Assembly: GCA_002299465.1 (NCBI GenBank) | Contig: DBNX01000018.1 | Coordinates: 11,987-75,986 of the forward strand | Reading direction: 5' to 3' | Source of the DNA: Patescibacteria group bacterium UBA661 | Lineage (GTDB): Bacteria; Patescibacteriota; Minisyncoccia; Phycocordibacterales; UBA918 | DNA: 64,000 bases | Shown: positions 8,765 to 18,521 of the stretch, one piece after another | Position numbering within the stretch: the stretch's first letter is position 1 | Layout: the number at the start of each line of letters is the position of its first letter | The notes under the pieces: generated by a model | What the model was told of the DNA's origin: nothing | What the model saw: only the letters and a program-made list of their open reading frames with translations | The model's database searches: none | Made by a program: the position numbers and the translations under genes

Positions 8765-10033
8765 ATGCAAAAATTCTTTCGCAAGGTCAGCATCATTTTT
8801 ACCGAACCAGCTATTCGCAACCGAGTACTGTTTGTCTTGGCAGCATTGGTCGTGTTTCGTTTATTGGCAACGATTCCGATTCCGGGTGTTGATCAAGCAG
8901 TGCTTGAGCAATTCTTCGCTGACAATCAGTTTCTTGGTCTACTAAACATTTTCTCGGGTGGTGGTTTAGCTAATATGTCGATTGTGATGCTTGGGGTTGG
9001 TCCTTTCATTACCGCCGCCATCATTATGCAGTTGATGACTGTAATGTCACCGAAATTGAAGGCGATGCACACCGAAGAAGGTGAAGCGGGACGGGCGAGA
9101 TTTACTCAGTACAGTCGTCTGCTTACTTTGCCCCTGGCCATTTTGCAGGGCTTTGGTTTCCTTTCTCTCTTACAGAGTCAGGGTGTGATTGTTGGTCTGT
9201 CGACCTTTGAGTTTATCGTGAACGTGATTCTGGTAGTCGCTGGTTCGATTCTGTTGATGTGGATTGGTGAGTTGGTAACGGAGTACGGTGTTGGTAATGG
9301 TGTGTCAATCATCATCTTTGCTGGTATCGTGGCGACTTTGCCGGCGACGGTTAGTCAGCTAGCTTTTACTTTTGACCCTTCACAATTACCGCTCTTTGTT
9401 GGCTTTGCTTTCATTGCTCTCTTCATTATCTACGCAGTGGTCTTTATGACTGAGGCGGAGCGGCCGGTGCCGATTACTTATGCTAAGCAAAGTCGTGGGG
9501 GAGTAACTTACGGTGGTAGCTCGTCTTATCTACCGCTCCGCCTCAACCAAGCTGGAGTTATTCCAATCATCTTTGCTCTGTCGATCCTACTCTTCCCCCA
9601 GATGGTGCTCAATGTCTTGGCAGCCTTTGATTTGCCGTGGGTGCCACGGGCAACAGAGGTGATTAATGAGTTGTTGGCTAATCAGCTACTCTATGGAGCA
9701 GCGTACTTCATTCTGGTGTTTCTCTTCACCTTCTTCTACACAGCTGTCACTTTTGACCCCGATTCGGTAGCAAAAAATCTGCAGCGAAACGGTGCTTACA
9801 TCTCAGGTATTCGTCCGGGTGAGAACACAGCTGAGTATCTAGGTAACTTGACTACTCGATTGACTCTAGTCGGCGCCCTCTTTCTTGGTGTGGTGGCTGT
9901 CTTCCCTCTTGGTATGCAAGCCGCCACAGGTATTATGGCGCTAGCCATCGGTGGAACGGCGGTACTAATCGTAGTGTCGGTGGTACTTGATATCATTAGA
10001 CGACTTGATGCCCAAGTCGCACTGCGCGAGTAA
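8765..10033 (+). CDS. secY: preprotein translocase subunit SecY
   Basis: 10-TM protein located after rplO, with SecY-typical motifs. Confidence 0.95.
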   Translation: MQKFFRKVSIIFTEPAIRNRVLFVLAALVVFRLLATIPIPGVDQAVLEQFFADNQFLGLLNIFSGGGLANMSIVMLGVGPFITAAIIMQLMTVMSPKLKAMHTEEGEAGRARFTQYSRLLTLPLAILQGFGFLSLLQSQGVIVGLSTFEFIVNVILVVAGSILLMWIGELVTEYGVGNGVSIIIFAGIVATLPATVSQLAFTFDPSQLPLFVGFAFIALFIIYAVVFMTEAERPVPITYAKQSRGGVTYGGSSSYLPLRLNQAGVIPIIFALSILLFPQMVLNVLAAFDLPWVPRATEVINELLANQLLYGAAYFILVFLFTFFYTAVTFDPDSVAKNLQRNGAYISGIRPGENTAEYLGNLTTRLTLVGALFLGVVAVFPLGMQAATGIMALAIGGTAVLIVVSVVLDIIRRLDAQVALRE

Positions 10034-10092
10034 ATAAAACAATTCTTTACTGACTACGTAAAAAGAAAAACCACTCGCTAGAGTGGTTTTTC

Positions 10093-10740
10093 TTAGTATT
10101 GATTCTTGAAAGAAAAGCCAAGCGGGATTGAGCTAAATTCTTGTTTCCATTTCTCAGTTTTGAGCCAGCGGCGATAAACATCAAAGATGGTTAGAGCAAC
10201 TGTCTGAGGACTGTGTCGGGAAGTGTCGATAACCAAATCAAAATGAGCTTGATTATAGGGATCAACGTTGTAAAGCTCTTTGAAGCGCCGGCGTTCTTGC
10301 TCAACGCGTTCGCGTACCTGCACGGCTACCAATTCGAGTGAGCTAACTGTCTCACCACTCTTTAGTCGCATATTATTACTGACTGCGTCTTTGTAAATTC
10401 TTACAGTGGCAACTTGGATATCAAGATCAAGATAGACTTTAAACGATTCTGGTATCCAGTAGAAACCTAGGCGGGAATCAACGACGATGTTTTTCTTATT
10501 GCGGAGGTTTCTTAAATATTCATCAATTTTAGCATCAAGAGAATGATCGTCAGTAGCCGCCAAGTTGTATTCGCGAAGAGTTTTTCCTTCCCGCTGGAGT
10601 ATGGTACGTACCATATCACCAGAAGAGTGTCTGGTGTAGCCTAGGAGCTCGGCTACCTGGTTGGCAGTGGAGGATTTTCCGCTACCGGGTTTACCGGAAA
10701 TAGTGATTATGTGCTTTTTTTCCATATACCGCTTTAGCAT
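10093..10740 (-). CDS. P-loop nucleotide kinase, cytidylate-kinase-like
   Basis: Walker A ISGKPGSGKSS followed by GDMVR (cf. Cmk GAMYR). Convergent with secY. Confidence 0.5.
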   Translation of the reverse strand: MLKRYMEKKHIITISGKPGSGKSSTANQVAELLGYTRHSSGDMVRTILQREGKTLREYNLAATDDHSLDAKIDEYLRNLRNKKNIVVDSRLGFYWIPESFKVYLDLDIQVATVRIYKDAVSNNMRLKSGETVSSLELVAVQVRERVEQERRRFKELYNVDPYNQAHFDLVIDTSRHSPQTVALTIFDVYRRWLKTEKWKQEFSSIPLGFSFKNQY

Positions 10741-10801
10741 AACACAACCGTAAAGGATAGTAGTTGCGTCGAGGTTAAAAAACTGTTAACCTCGAGACAC
10801 A

Positions 10802-11374
10802 ATGAATTACACAACCAAGTATCAGAGTATTGTTTTGATGGGAAAAATTGCCTCCGGCAAAGGCACCCAAGCTCATGCCGTGATGAATCATTTTGGTGGC
10901 ACGCTATATTCTAATGGTAACAAAGTACGCGAAGCAGCACAGACAGCGACAGTCTTTGGTAAAAAAATAAAAACGATGTATGAAGGCGGGTATTTGATTC
11001 CAGAATGGGTTGCTTCGTACTGGATGACGCACGCTCTCGTTAGTCAGTACGAGCACGAACGAGTAATTTTTGAGGCAGTGGCTAAGAAACCAAATGAAGC
11101 CGAGTTGTTTCATGAGATTCACAGCTGGCTGAATCGTTCCTACGTCGTTTTTAACTTAGAGGTTAGCGATGATACCGTTAGAGAGCGGAGCCTGGCAAGA
11201 TCTAGAGATATTGTAGATTCTCCCAAATCAGTCGAAAAGCGTTTGGAAGAATATCACACCTACACCGCGCGTTCTGTGGAATTTTTCCGTACCCAAGGCA
11301 CGCTAGTTGATATAGATGGCTCCCTCTCGCCGGAAGAGGTACAACACAAAATTTTTTCTTTTTTAATGGAATAG
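10802..11374 (+). CDS. adenylate-kinase-family protein (paralogue 1)
   Basis: GKIASGKGTQA P-loop of the adk type. Confidence 0.6.
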   Translation: MNYTTKYQSIVLMGKIASGKGTQAHAVMNHFGGTLYSNGNKVREAAQTATVFGKKIKTMYEGGYLIPEWVASYWMTHALVSQYEHERVIFEAVAKKPNEAELFHEIHSWLNRSYVVFNLEVSDDTVRERSLARSRDIVDSPKSVEKRLEEYHTYTARSVEFFRTQGTLVDIDGSLSPEEVQHKIFSFLME

Positions 11375-11384
11375 TTATTTAAAA

Positions 11385-11993
11385 ATGCACACAGCCCAAC
11401 CCTACACAATAATTTTCATCGGCCCCCAAGGTAGTGGGAAGGGGACTCAAATTGAGCGTTTGAAAGCAGCGCTAGAGCGAGACGATGAGAGGCGACGCGT
11501 AGTGGATATTCAGACGGGACGACGGTTTCGTTCTCTGGCTGCTAAACAGGAAACTTTCGCTGAGGACAAAATCGCTTCCACTCTCGACTCCGGAACTTTG
11601 CAGCCAGATTTTCTCACCGCTTTACTCTGGGGTCAGGCGATGGTGGACCAGCTTGATCCCAAGAGCCATCTGCTAATTGATGGTTTTCCACGGACCCTGG
11701 CCCAGGTGCCAGATTTAGAAGACGCTTTTCGTTTTTTTGAAAGGGGAAAGCTTGATATAATCAATCTGGTGACCCCGGAAACAATCGTGCGAATGCGTAT
11801 GGAGAGCCGGTCTCGACCGGATGATACACCGGAATCAATTAACGAAAGATTGCGCTGGTACCGAGAAGAAACTCTGCCTGTAGTGCAGTTTTATCGGACG
11901 CGACCAAATACCCGAGTGCATGATATTGACGGTACAGAAGATATTGATGCGGTGCAGGCAAGTATTCTTAAAGCCCTACAACTAGAACCATAA
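11385..11993 (+). CDS. adk: adenylate kinase (paralogue 2)
   Basis: IGPQGSGKGTQ followed by DGFPRT. Confidence 0.7.
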   Translation: MHTAQPYTIIFIGPQGSGKGTQIERLKAALERDDERRRVVDIQTGRRFRSLAAKQETFAEDKIASTLDSGTLQPDFLTALLWGQAMVDQLDPKSHLLIDGFPRTLAQVPDLEDAFRFFERGKLDIINLVTPETIVRMRMESRSRPDDTPESINERLRWYREETLPVVQFYRTRPNTRVHDIDGTEDIDAVQASILKALQLEP

Positions 11994-12772
11994 TGATTAC
12001 CAAAAAAACACCAGAAGAAATCATTCGTCTACAAGCTGCGGGAGCGATTCTGGCAGAGTTTTTGCGGGAAATAGCCAAAGAAGCTGTGCCCGGCAACACG
12101 ACACTTGATTTAGACGATCGGGCGATGGAGTTGTGTGAGGAGCGTCAGGTGACACCAATTTTACTCGGTTATCATCCGGGCTTTGCGCCGCGCCCGTATC
12201 CAGCGGCGGTTTGTGTGTCGGTGAATGACTGCGTACAACATGGCGTGCCGAGTGCCGAGGTGATTCTAAAGACAGGTGACGTGGTTAATATTGATATGTC
12301 CATTGAGCACCAGGGAATGATTGTTGATTCGGGTATTACCGTGGGGGTTGGTAAGTTGTCAAAGGAGGCAGAGCGACTTCTCGCTACTACCGAGGAAGCG
12401 TTGGCACTAGGCATAAAGGCCGCTCAGCCCGGGAAGCGCATCGGTGACATCAGTTCAGCCATCCAAACTTTAGTGGAGTCACGGGGCTTTTCCTTGGTGG
12501 AGGTGTTGTGTGGACACGGGGTAGGTTACGCTGTGCACGAAGAGCCAACTATTCCCAATCTAGGCAAGCCGGGCACTGGACCCTTAATTGAAGTTGGGCA
12601 TGTTTATGCGATTGAGCCGATTGTTAATTTGGGAAAGAAAGACGTATATTTTGATGATGAGGGTGATGGCTATAGTGTCTACACCGTAGACGGTTCTATC
12701 TCAGCTCATTTCGAGCACACTGTAGCTATCACTGAACGTGGTCCATTGATTCTTACCAAACTTAGCAAGTGA
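11993..12772 (+). CDS. map: methionine aminopeptidase, type I
   Basis: adk-map order. Pita-bread fold motifs (HGVGYAVHEEP). Confidence 0.9.
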   Translation: MITKKTPEEIIRLQAAGAILAEFLREIAKEAVPGNTTLDLDDRAMELCEERQVTPILLGYHPGFAPRPYPAAVCVSVNDCVQHGVPSAEVILKTGDVVNIDMSIEHQGMIVDSGITVGVGKLSKEAERLLATTEEALALGIKAAQPGKRIGDISSAIQTLVESRGFSLVEVLCGHGVGYAVHEEPTIPNLGKPGTGPLIEVGHVYAIEPIVNLGKKDVYFDDEGDGYSVYTVDGSISAHFEHTVAITERGPLILTKLSK

Positions 12773-12827
12773 CTTGAATAAATGTCATAAAGTGGCTATA
12801 CTGCCGGCATATTTTTAAATATTTTTT

Positions 12828-13433
12828 ATGAAGAAACAACCACATCAAGAACGAACTTTTGTTATCCTCAAGCCAGACACAGTACAGCGGAGCTTGATGG
12901 GTGAAATTATCAGGCGCTTTGAGCAGACAGGACTAAAATGTTGTTCCATGAAAATGTTTGTACCGGATGAAGAGCGTTTAATTGAGCACTACAACAAAAC
13001 AGAAGAATGGTTTCAGAAAAAAGGAGCTAACGTGGTGAATGATTTGATGGCGCAGGGTTTGCCTATTACCAAAGAACCAGTTGAATACGGTCGTGATATT
13101 ATTCGTACTATCGTTAAGTATATGACAGCCGGTCCGGTGGTCGCGATGGTTTGGGAGGGTAATCAGGCGGTTAATGTTGTGATGAAGATTGTTGGCACCA
13201 CTGAGCCGTCAACTTCCGATGTGGGCACGATTCGCGGAGATTATACGATTGATTCTTACGGGCACGCTTCTTTTGAAAATCGAGCTGTCCGTAATTTGGT
13301 CCATTGTTCTGACGCTGTTTCGGAAGCTGAGCGTGAAATTGCTATTTGGTTTAGCGAGGAAGACTTAATGAAATACACTACCGCTCAGGAACGTATTATG
13401 TACGATGTTAATATTGACGGTAGGAAGGAGTAG
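12828..13433 (+). CDS. ndk: nucleoside diphosphate kinase with an internal insertion (201 aa)
   Basis: NLVHCSDAVSEAEREIAIWF matches NDK NxxHGSDS…EIALWF, including the catalytic His. Confidence 0.8.
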   Translation: MKKQPHQERTFVILKPDTVQRSLMGEIIRRFEQTGLKCCSMKMFVPDEERLIEHYNKTEEWFQKKGANVVNDLMAQGLPITKEPVEYGRDIIRTIVKYMTAGPVVAMVWEGNQAVNVVMKIVGTTEPSTSDVGTIRGDYTIDSYGHASFENRAVRNLVHCSDAVSEAEREIAIWFSEEDLMKYTTAQERIMYDVNIDGRKE

Positions 13434-13440
13434 TTTTATT

Positions 13441-13467
13441 TTGACTAAACTAATTTCGTGATACAAT
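13441..13467 (+). promoter_or_regulatory. sigma70-like promoter driving the sRNA candidate
   Basis: TTGACT, 15 nt, TACAAT. Confidence 0.4.
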
Positions 13468-13473
13468 TGGGGT

Positions 13474-13660
13474 GTGGGGACACAAATAACGTGTGTTCCG
13501 ATTAAACACACGTTCAGGGCTGCCAGCAATCGCAAGGGGCGATGAGGCCTCACTAGAGATTTCAGACACCGCTTGGAAATGGTGCCCACCTGGGATTTTC
13601 CAGGAGCACACGTGGTTGTTGTCCCCATAGCAAAAAACTCCCCCTGGGGAGTTTTTTGCT
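13474..13660 (+). ncRNA. candidate ~190-nt structured sRNA of unknown class. It runs from promoter to terminator, and its 5' and 3' ends pair.
   Basis: No ORF. The 5' end GGGGACACAA…ACGUGUGU pairs with the 3' end ACACACGU…UUGUUGUCCCC. Internal hairpins. Ends in a rho-independent terminator at 13633-13664. Confidence 0.3.
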
Positions 13661-13691
13661 TTTCCGGTAAGTTATCGATACCATATACACC

Positions 13692-14075
13692 ATGCTTAGA
13701 AAACACCAGTTAATGCCCACCTTAATATTTTTGGTATGGCTAATGTTTTTGCTTGCACATTTTTATTTTGTTAGCACCAATCTTTACTGGAAAGTTTGGT
13801 GGCTTGATTTGCCGATGCATATTTTTGGTGGGGCGTTGATCATCGTGAGCTGGCATAAACTCAACTTAGCTGTCTGTTTTGAGCGGTTGGCGCTACCTAA
13901 CCACCCACTGTTTTGGTTGCTAGTGCTAGTTTTGGGTTGGGAGATATTCAAATATGCGATTGATATCACCGTCCGGGAGGGCTATCTGGTTGATACCGGC
14001 ATTGACGTAGTTTTAGGTATGGGTGGTGGACTAATAGCTGAATTGCTACAGCGGTCGCGTAGAATAGTTAAATGA
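13692..14075 (+). CDS. small 4-TM membrane protein
   Basis: Hydrophobic ORF overlapping the next gene by 4 nt. Confidence 0.5.
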   Translation: MLRKHQLMPTLIFLVWLMFLLAHFYFVSTNLYWKVWWLDLPMHIFGGALIIVSWHKLNLAVCFERLALPNHPLFWLLVLVLGWEIFKYAIDITVREGYLVDTGIDVVLGMGGGLIAELLQRSRRIVK

Positions 14076-15439
14076 ACAATCAGTCAACATTAGGATTTTT
14101 TGGCGGAGCGGGAACGGTGACGGGGGCTAATTTTCTATTAGACACGGGCGGAGTGGCGATACTGGTTGATTGTGGTTTGGTGCAGGGCGATCGTTTTGCT
14201 TTGGCACGCAACGCCGAACCGTTCCCTTACGAACCAACTGCCGTTGACTATTTGTTGGTAACGCACGCTCACGCTGATCATATTGGCCGGATTCCGAAGT
14301 TGGTACGAGAGGGTTTTCGGGGTGATATTTACAGCACCAGCGCCACTAAAGACTTAGCCAATGTAATGTTACGAGACGCTCTTAAGGTGATGGAGCACGA
14401 AGCTGAGCGCTATGGAGTAAAGCCAATTTACGATGAAGGCGATATTAGCACAGCCCTAGCTAGATGGCGGACAGTTGGTTACGAGGAGCGGTTTTCGCTT
14501 AAAGATGGAATTGAAGCTTGGTACACCGACGCTGGGCATATTCTTGGTTCGGGTATGATACATTTGGTTCGAAACGGAAGAAAAATTGTTTTCACTGGCG
14601 ACATCGGCAATGTGCCGCAACCACTACTGCGCGCTCCGGTGATCCCACAGGACTATGATTACTTGGTGATGGAGAGTGTCTACGGTGATCGTCTCCACGA
14701 GCAGGTAGAGGAACGCACTGAACTTTTGTGTCAGTACATAAAACGTATCCAAAAAACTGGTGGCACGCTTATCATCCCCGCTTTTTCTTTGGAAAGAACA
14801 CAGTCGATGTTGTATGAGATCAATAATTTGGTGGAGTCAGGCAAATTAGAGCCAGTGCCGGTATTTCTCGATTCTCCCTTGGCGATTAGGGTGACTGATT
14901 TGTACCGCACGCACACTAGCTACTTGCGACCAGAGATCCAAAACCAGATTGCCCGCGGTGATGATATCTTTGCCTTTACTGGTCTTAAATTCACTCCAAC
15001 CATAGCCGAGTCAAATGCCATTGTCGCCACTAAAGGAGCGAAGGTAATAATTGCTGGCTCAGGAATGAGTCATGGGGGTAGAATTCGTCGTCACGAACGA
15101 GAGTATTTGGATGAAAGTAACACCATCTTGCTACTAGTTGGATATCAATCAGTTGGGAGTATTGGTCGATTGCTACAAGACGGAGCGCGAACGGTAAAAA
15201 TTGATGGTGAAAAAATCAAGGTCCGAGCGCAAATAGCTACAATTCAAGGTTTTTCTGGGCATGCTGATCGGGACCAGTTGGTTGAATTAGTGGCTTATGG
15301 CGCTGACAAGGTCAAGCAAATTTTTGTCACGATGGGCGAGGAGCGAGCGGCTCTATTTCTTACTCAGCGTCTGCGTGATTATTTGGGGGTAAAGGCAATT
15401 GCTCCCGAGGAGCGTCAGGAAGTGGAGATAGATTTTTAG
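14072..15439 (+). CDS. MBL-fold beta-CASP ribonuclease (RNase J / CPSF-like)
   Basis: HAHADHIGRIP metallo-beta-lactamase motif with a beta-CASP C-terminal region. Confidence 0.8.
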   Translation: MNNQSTLGFFGGAGTVTGANFLLDTGGVAILVDCGLVQGDRFALARNAEPFPYEPTAVDYLLVTHAHADHIGRIPKLVREGFRGDIYSTSATKDLANVMLRDALKVMEHEAERYGVKPIYDEGDISTALARWRTVGYEERFSLKDGIEAWYTDAGHILGSGMIHLVRNGRKIVFTGDIGNVPQPLLRAPVIPQDYDYLVMESVYGDRLHEQVEERTELLCQYIKRIQKTGGTLIIPAFSLERTQSMLYEINNLVESGKLEPVPVFLDSPLAIRVTDLYRTHTSYLRPEIQNQIARGDDIFAFTGLKFTPTIAESNAIVATKGAKVIIAGSGMSHGGRIRRHEREYLDESNTILLLVGYQSVGSIGRLLQDGARTVKIDGEKIKVRAQIATIQGFSGHADRDQLVELVAYGADKVKQIFVTMGEERAALFLTQRLRDYLGVKAIAPEERQEVEIDF

Positions 15440-15464
15440 GTAGATTAGTGAGAGAGGTGAGTTT

Positions 15465-15501
15465 AAAAAAGCGCAGCCCCCGTAGGGGGCTGCGCTTTTT
15501 T
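15465..15501. terminator. bidirectional rho-independent terminator between the beta-CASP RNase (+) and rplT (-)
   Basis: AAAAAA, then GCGCAGCCCCC-GTA-GGGGGCTGCGC, then TTTTTT. Confidence 0.6.
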
Positions 15502-15522
15502 AAACCAGAACTAGACTATCAA

Positions 15523-15867
15523 TTATTTAACTTGCTCTACCACTCGGGCAAAAGACTCTGGGTGGTCTTTGGCTAGTGTGGCTAGAACTTTTCGATCAAG
15601 CTCAATATTTTTTGCCTTTAGCTGTTTTATGAGGTGATTGTATTTTACGCCAAGAGCGAGCAGGGCAGCATTAATACGAACAGTCCAGAGACGGCGAAAG
15701 TCATTCTTTTTATCTTTGCGGTGCGCAAAAGCATGCAGTTGGGCGTGGTAAATTGCTTCCCGAGCCACCCGCTTTTTTTTCGAACGTTGCAAGCGATAAC
15801 CTTTTACTTCGTCGAGGATGTTGCGGCGACGCTTTTGCGCCATTACCCCTCCTTTTACACGTGCCAT
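15523..15867 (-). CDS. rplT: 50S ribosomal protein L20
   Basis: MARVKGGVMAQKRRRNILDEVKGYR is canonical L20. Confidence 0.95.
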   Translation of the reverse strand: MARVKGGVMAQKRRRNILDEVKGYRLQRSKKKRVAREAIYHAQLHAFAHRKDKKNDFRRLWTVRINAALLALGVKYNHLIKQLKAKNIELDRKVLATLAKDHPESFARVVEQVK

Positions 15868-15907
15868 AGTTTATGTTTTACGTACGGATGATTAATAAAA
15901 TAATTGC

Positions 15908-16099
15908 TTACGCACCAGTCTTGGGTAGGAAACGACGGGTAATTCGCTTGCCGAGGGTTAAGAGTTGGGTACGTTTCCGGCGTAGACGCTGTCTACCAGT
16001 TTGTCTGGCGTTAAAGTGGTTTTGACCAGGCTTACGCGCCACTAACTTACCGTTTTTTGTCACTTTAATACGCTTTGTAAATGATTTATTTGTCTTCAT
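15908..16099 (-). CDS. rpmI: 50S ribosomal protein L35
   Basis: MKTNKSFTKRIKVTKNGKLVARKPGQNHF. The tracked ORF extends upstream to 16204. Confidence 0.85.
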   Translation of the reverse strand: MKTNKSFTKRIKVTKNGKLVARKPGQNHFNARQTGRQRLRRKRTQLLTLGKRITRRFLPKTGA

Positions 16100-16188
16100 A
16101 TCTAATTCTAGCCGAAGCCGAAGTGTCGCAACTATAGCGTATAGTGAGGTTGCTGTCAAAGCCTGACTAGGACGTTTGCCAACAACTC

Positions 16189-16869
16189 TTAATTCATTCC
16201 CCAAGCCAGCAAATCATCTAAGTCTTTTTTCTTAGATTTTAAGATTTTTTCAGGATCAACATCTTTTTTTTCGACGGTCTTAGTTTTTACTGCCGGGCCG
16301 CTTGTTTTTACTACGGGGATTGACTTAGTTGTACCCGGTACGCGCTCTAGGGTAATCGTGAATCCTTTGGGGCTTTTTTTAATTTCGTCAGCAATTTTAT
16401 ACTCAGTGGGAATTATTTTTAGGAAGCGATCCAGGCGTTCTTTAAGAAATCCTTGTTCCATATACTTATAACGACCCCAAAGAAAAAGATCGACTTTAAC
16501 GCGATGACCTTCTTCAATCCATTCCGCGGCACGCTTGGCTTTGAGTTGCTGATCGTGTTCACCAGTACCAATCTTTACTTGAATACTTTTAGTTTCGGTA
16601 GTGTGAGACTTGGCTTTTACCTCACGGGCTTTTCGCCCAGTTTGGTAACGGTATTTGCCATAATCCATTATTTTAGCTACGGGAGGCGTGGCATTCGGTG
16701 AAATTTCTATTAAATCTAGGTTGCGAGTTTCAGCCAGCTTAAGGGCTTCAGCCAAAACCAAAACGCCCAGATTCTCACCTTCTGGTCCAACTACCCGCAA
16801 CTCTTTAGCGCGGATGGCGTGGTTAATTCGCGTCTTTATGTTTTTGTCGCTTGAATATGATTTCAACAA
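16189..16869 (-). CDS. infC: translation initiation factor IF-3 with a Lys-rich C-terminal tail
   Basis: infC-rpmI-rplT order. IF3 N- and C-domain motifs. Confidence 0.9.
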   Translation of the reverse strand: MLKSYSSDKNIKTRINHAIRAKELRVVGPEGENLGVLVLAEALKLAETRNLDLIEISPNATPPVAKIMDYGKYRYQTGRKAREVKAKSHTTETKSIQVKIGTGEHDQQLKAKRAAEWIEEGHRVKVDLFLWGRYKYMEQGFLKERLDRFLKIIPTEYKIADEIKKSPKGFTITLERVPGTTKSIPVVKTSGPAVKTKTVEKKDVDPEKILKSKKKDLDDLLAWGMN

Positions 16870-16998
16870 GTGGAATTTTTCTTAAGTAATAAAATTATAT
16901 AAGGAGTGCCGCCTGACGCTACAGAGCGTCACCAATGTAGGCAACGATTGGTATTTAGAAATCTAACATATAAAAGATAATTGGCAACTGGCAGGTGT

Positions 16999-17826
16999 TT
17001 AATCTGAGCGTGGCCACCAGGGTATAAAGTAACTGGTTTGGGCTTGGTATTTTTGGTAGGCACTGGAGTAGCGGTTTAGGAATAATTGTTCCAGCATCGG
17101 TCCAGTTATTTTGGTGACAATGTAAGTTATGACTAAGGGGCTAATCAAAGCTAGGTACCCAAAGGGTAGGGGTAAGACAATAATGGCTAATCCCCACCAG
17201 ATTACTGTCTCGCCAAAGTAGTTGGGTCGACGACTGTACCGAAAAAGACCACTCGTCATAAAAGGAGAAGGTTCTTTGCCGACGCGCTTGTTGGCGAGGA
17301 AGCGATCCAGTTGCCAGTCAGCGACAGCCTCCAGAATAAAGCCGACAAAAAATATTATCGCGCCAGTGATTAAAGAATATTTAAGCCAGGGTAATTCAGT
17401 AAAAGTGATTGTTGTGTAATTTAGGCTTAGGATAATTGGTAGTGAAATTAAGACGATAATAAAACCCTGGAGCAGGTTAATCTGCAAATAACTACGCACA
17501 ATAAAATAAATTTTGCCATGAGCTTGCCAGGCGTGTCGCCAATTGGCATAACGCTCATCCTCGGGTCGATTTTTATTTTTGTTTCTAATGCGCCAACCTA
17601 AACGAATTGACCAAATAGCCACGAGTAACAGTACCACAATCGCGACTGGAGAAATATTAGTCAGGATTAAAGCAGTGCCAACGCCAGCGAAAAGAAAAAT
17701 CGGCCCATAAGCAATATCCATAATACTGTTGTTGGCTTTAAGTTGGGCTACCAAAAAAACTGCTGTAACTAAAATCAGTACGAACAAGGAAAAGAGGGTA
17801 AGTGTAAATAGAATTGGGATAGTCAT
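16999..17826 (-). CDS. DUF1295 / ICMT-like membrane methyltransferase-family protein
   Basis: Polytopic protein with FRYSRRPNYFGE (RHPxY-like motif). Confidence 0.55.
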   Translation of the reverse strand: MTIPILFTLTLFSLFVLILVTAVFLVAQLKANNSIMDIAYGPIFLFAGVGTALILTNISPVAIVVLLLVAIWSIRLGWRIRNKNKNRPEDERYANWRHAWQAHGKIYFIVRSYLQINLLQGFIIVLISLPIILSLNYTTITFTELPWLKYSLITGAIIFFVGFILEAVADWQLDRFLANKRVGKEPSPFMTSGLFRYSRRPNYFGETVIWWGLAIIVLPLPFGYLALISPLVITYIVTKITGPMLEQLFLNRYSSAYQKYQAQTSYFIPWWPRSD

Positions 17827-17870
17827 TATTTATATTTATTGTAGCATCTGCTACAATAGTATTTAAGTTT

Positions 17871-18521
17871 ATGCCACGTACCACAACTACAAAAAATGAA
17901 ACAGAAACAACTAGTGTTAAGCGTGCCGTTAGACGCACGGTGACTAAAAGAGTGATTACTTCCGACACTGCCGGAGTACGAGCGAGACGATCGGCTGATA
18001 GTTCCTCCAATGCAAATAGTACTTCTAGCAACACAATCCGCCGTAAGGCACCAACCAATCTAGTTGAAGACGTCGGCGAAGCTAGGGACACGACAAAAAA
18101 AAGTTCTGGGTTCAGACGTTTTTATGTGGCGGGAGGGGTGTTAGTGGCTAGTTTAATTGGAGCAGTAATGATTGGTCGTTCTGATACAGGACCAATTAAT
18201 ACCGCCGCGATTATTGCCGAGCGTAACGCCCAGATTATTGCAGGTACAGAAAACCAAGCGGGAAATAATGGGGAAGTGGCAACGGAACAAATTATCCCGG
18301 TGCAAAGTCCAGACAATCAATTGCCAAACCGGGGATTGATACCCAGTACCGAGGCGGATCTGGCTGCTGTCCCTAGACAAAATCAAGCACAAACAGCGCC
18401 AGATTTAACTGAGTCTCCGGTGGAGGAGATCGCCACATCAAGTGAGGGTCAGGCAGACGCTATTCCGCCACCAGCCGCGGAGACAACTGAAGTTGTGCCA
18501 GCTGAACCAGCTCAGCCCTAG
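17871..18521 (+). CDS. hypothetical membrane-anchored protein. Basic N-terminus, one TM helix, acidic low-complexity C-terminus.
   Basis: The only long ORF in this interval. Divergent from the DUF1295 gene. Confidence 0.45.
   Translation: MPRTTTTKNETETTSVKRAVRRTVTKRVITSDTAGVRARRSADSSSNANSTSSNTIRRKAPTNLVEDVGEARDTTKKSSGFRRFYVAGGVLVASLIGAVMIGRSDTGPINTAAIIAERNAQIIAGTENQAGNNGEVATEQIIPVQSPDNQLPNRGLIPSTEADLAAVPRQNQAQTAPDLTESPVEEIATSSEGQADAIPPPAAETTEVVPAEPAQP

Noticed and set aside
13474-13664. Fluoride (crcB) riboswitch upstream of a small 4-TM protein
   Set aside because: A GGGCGATGAGGCC stretch recalls a fluoride-riboswitch 5' half, but the pseudoknot partner and 3' conserved block are missing. 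The downstream protein lacks Fluc/CrcB motifs.
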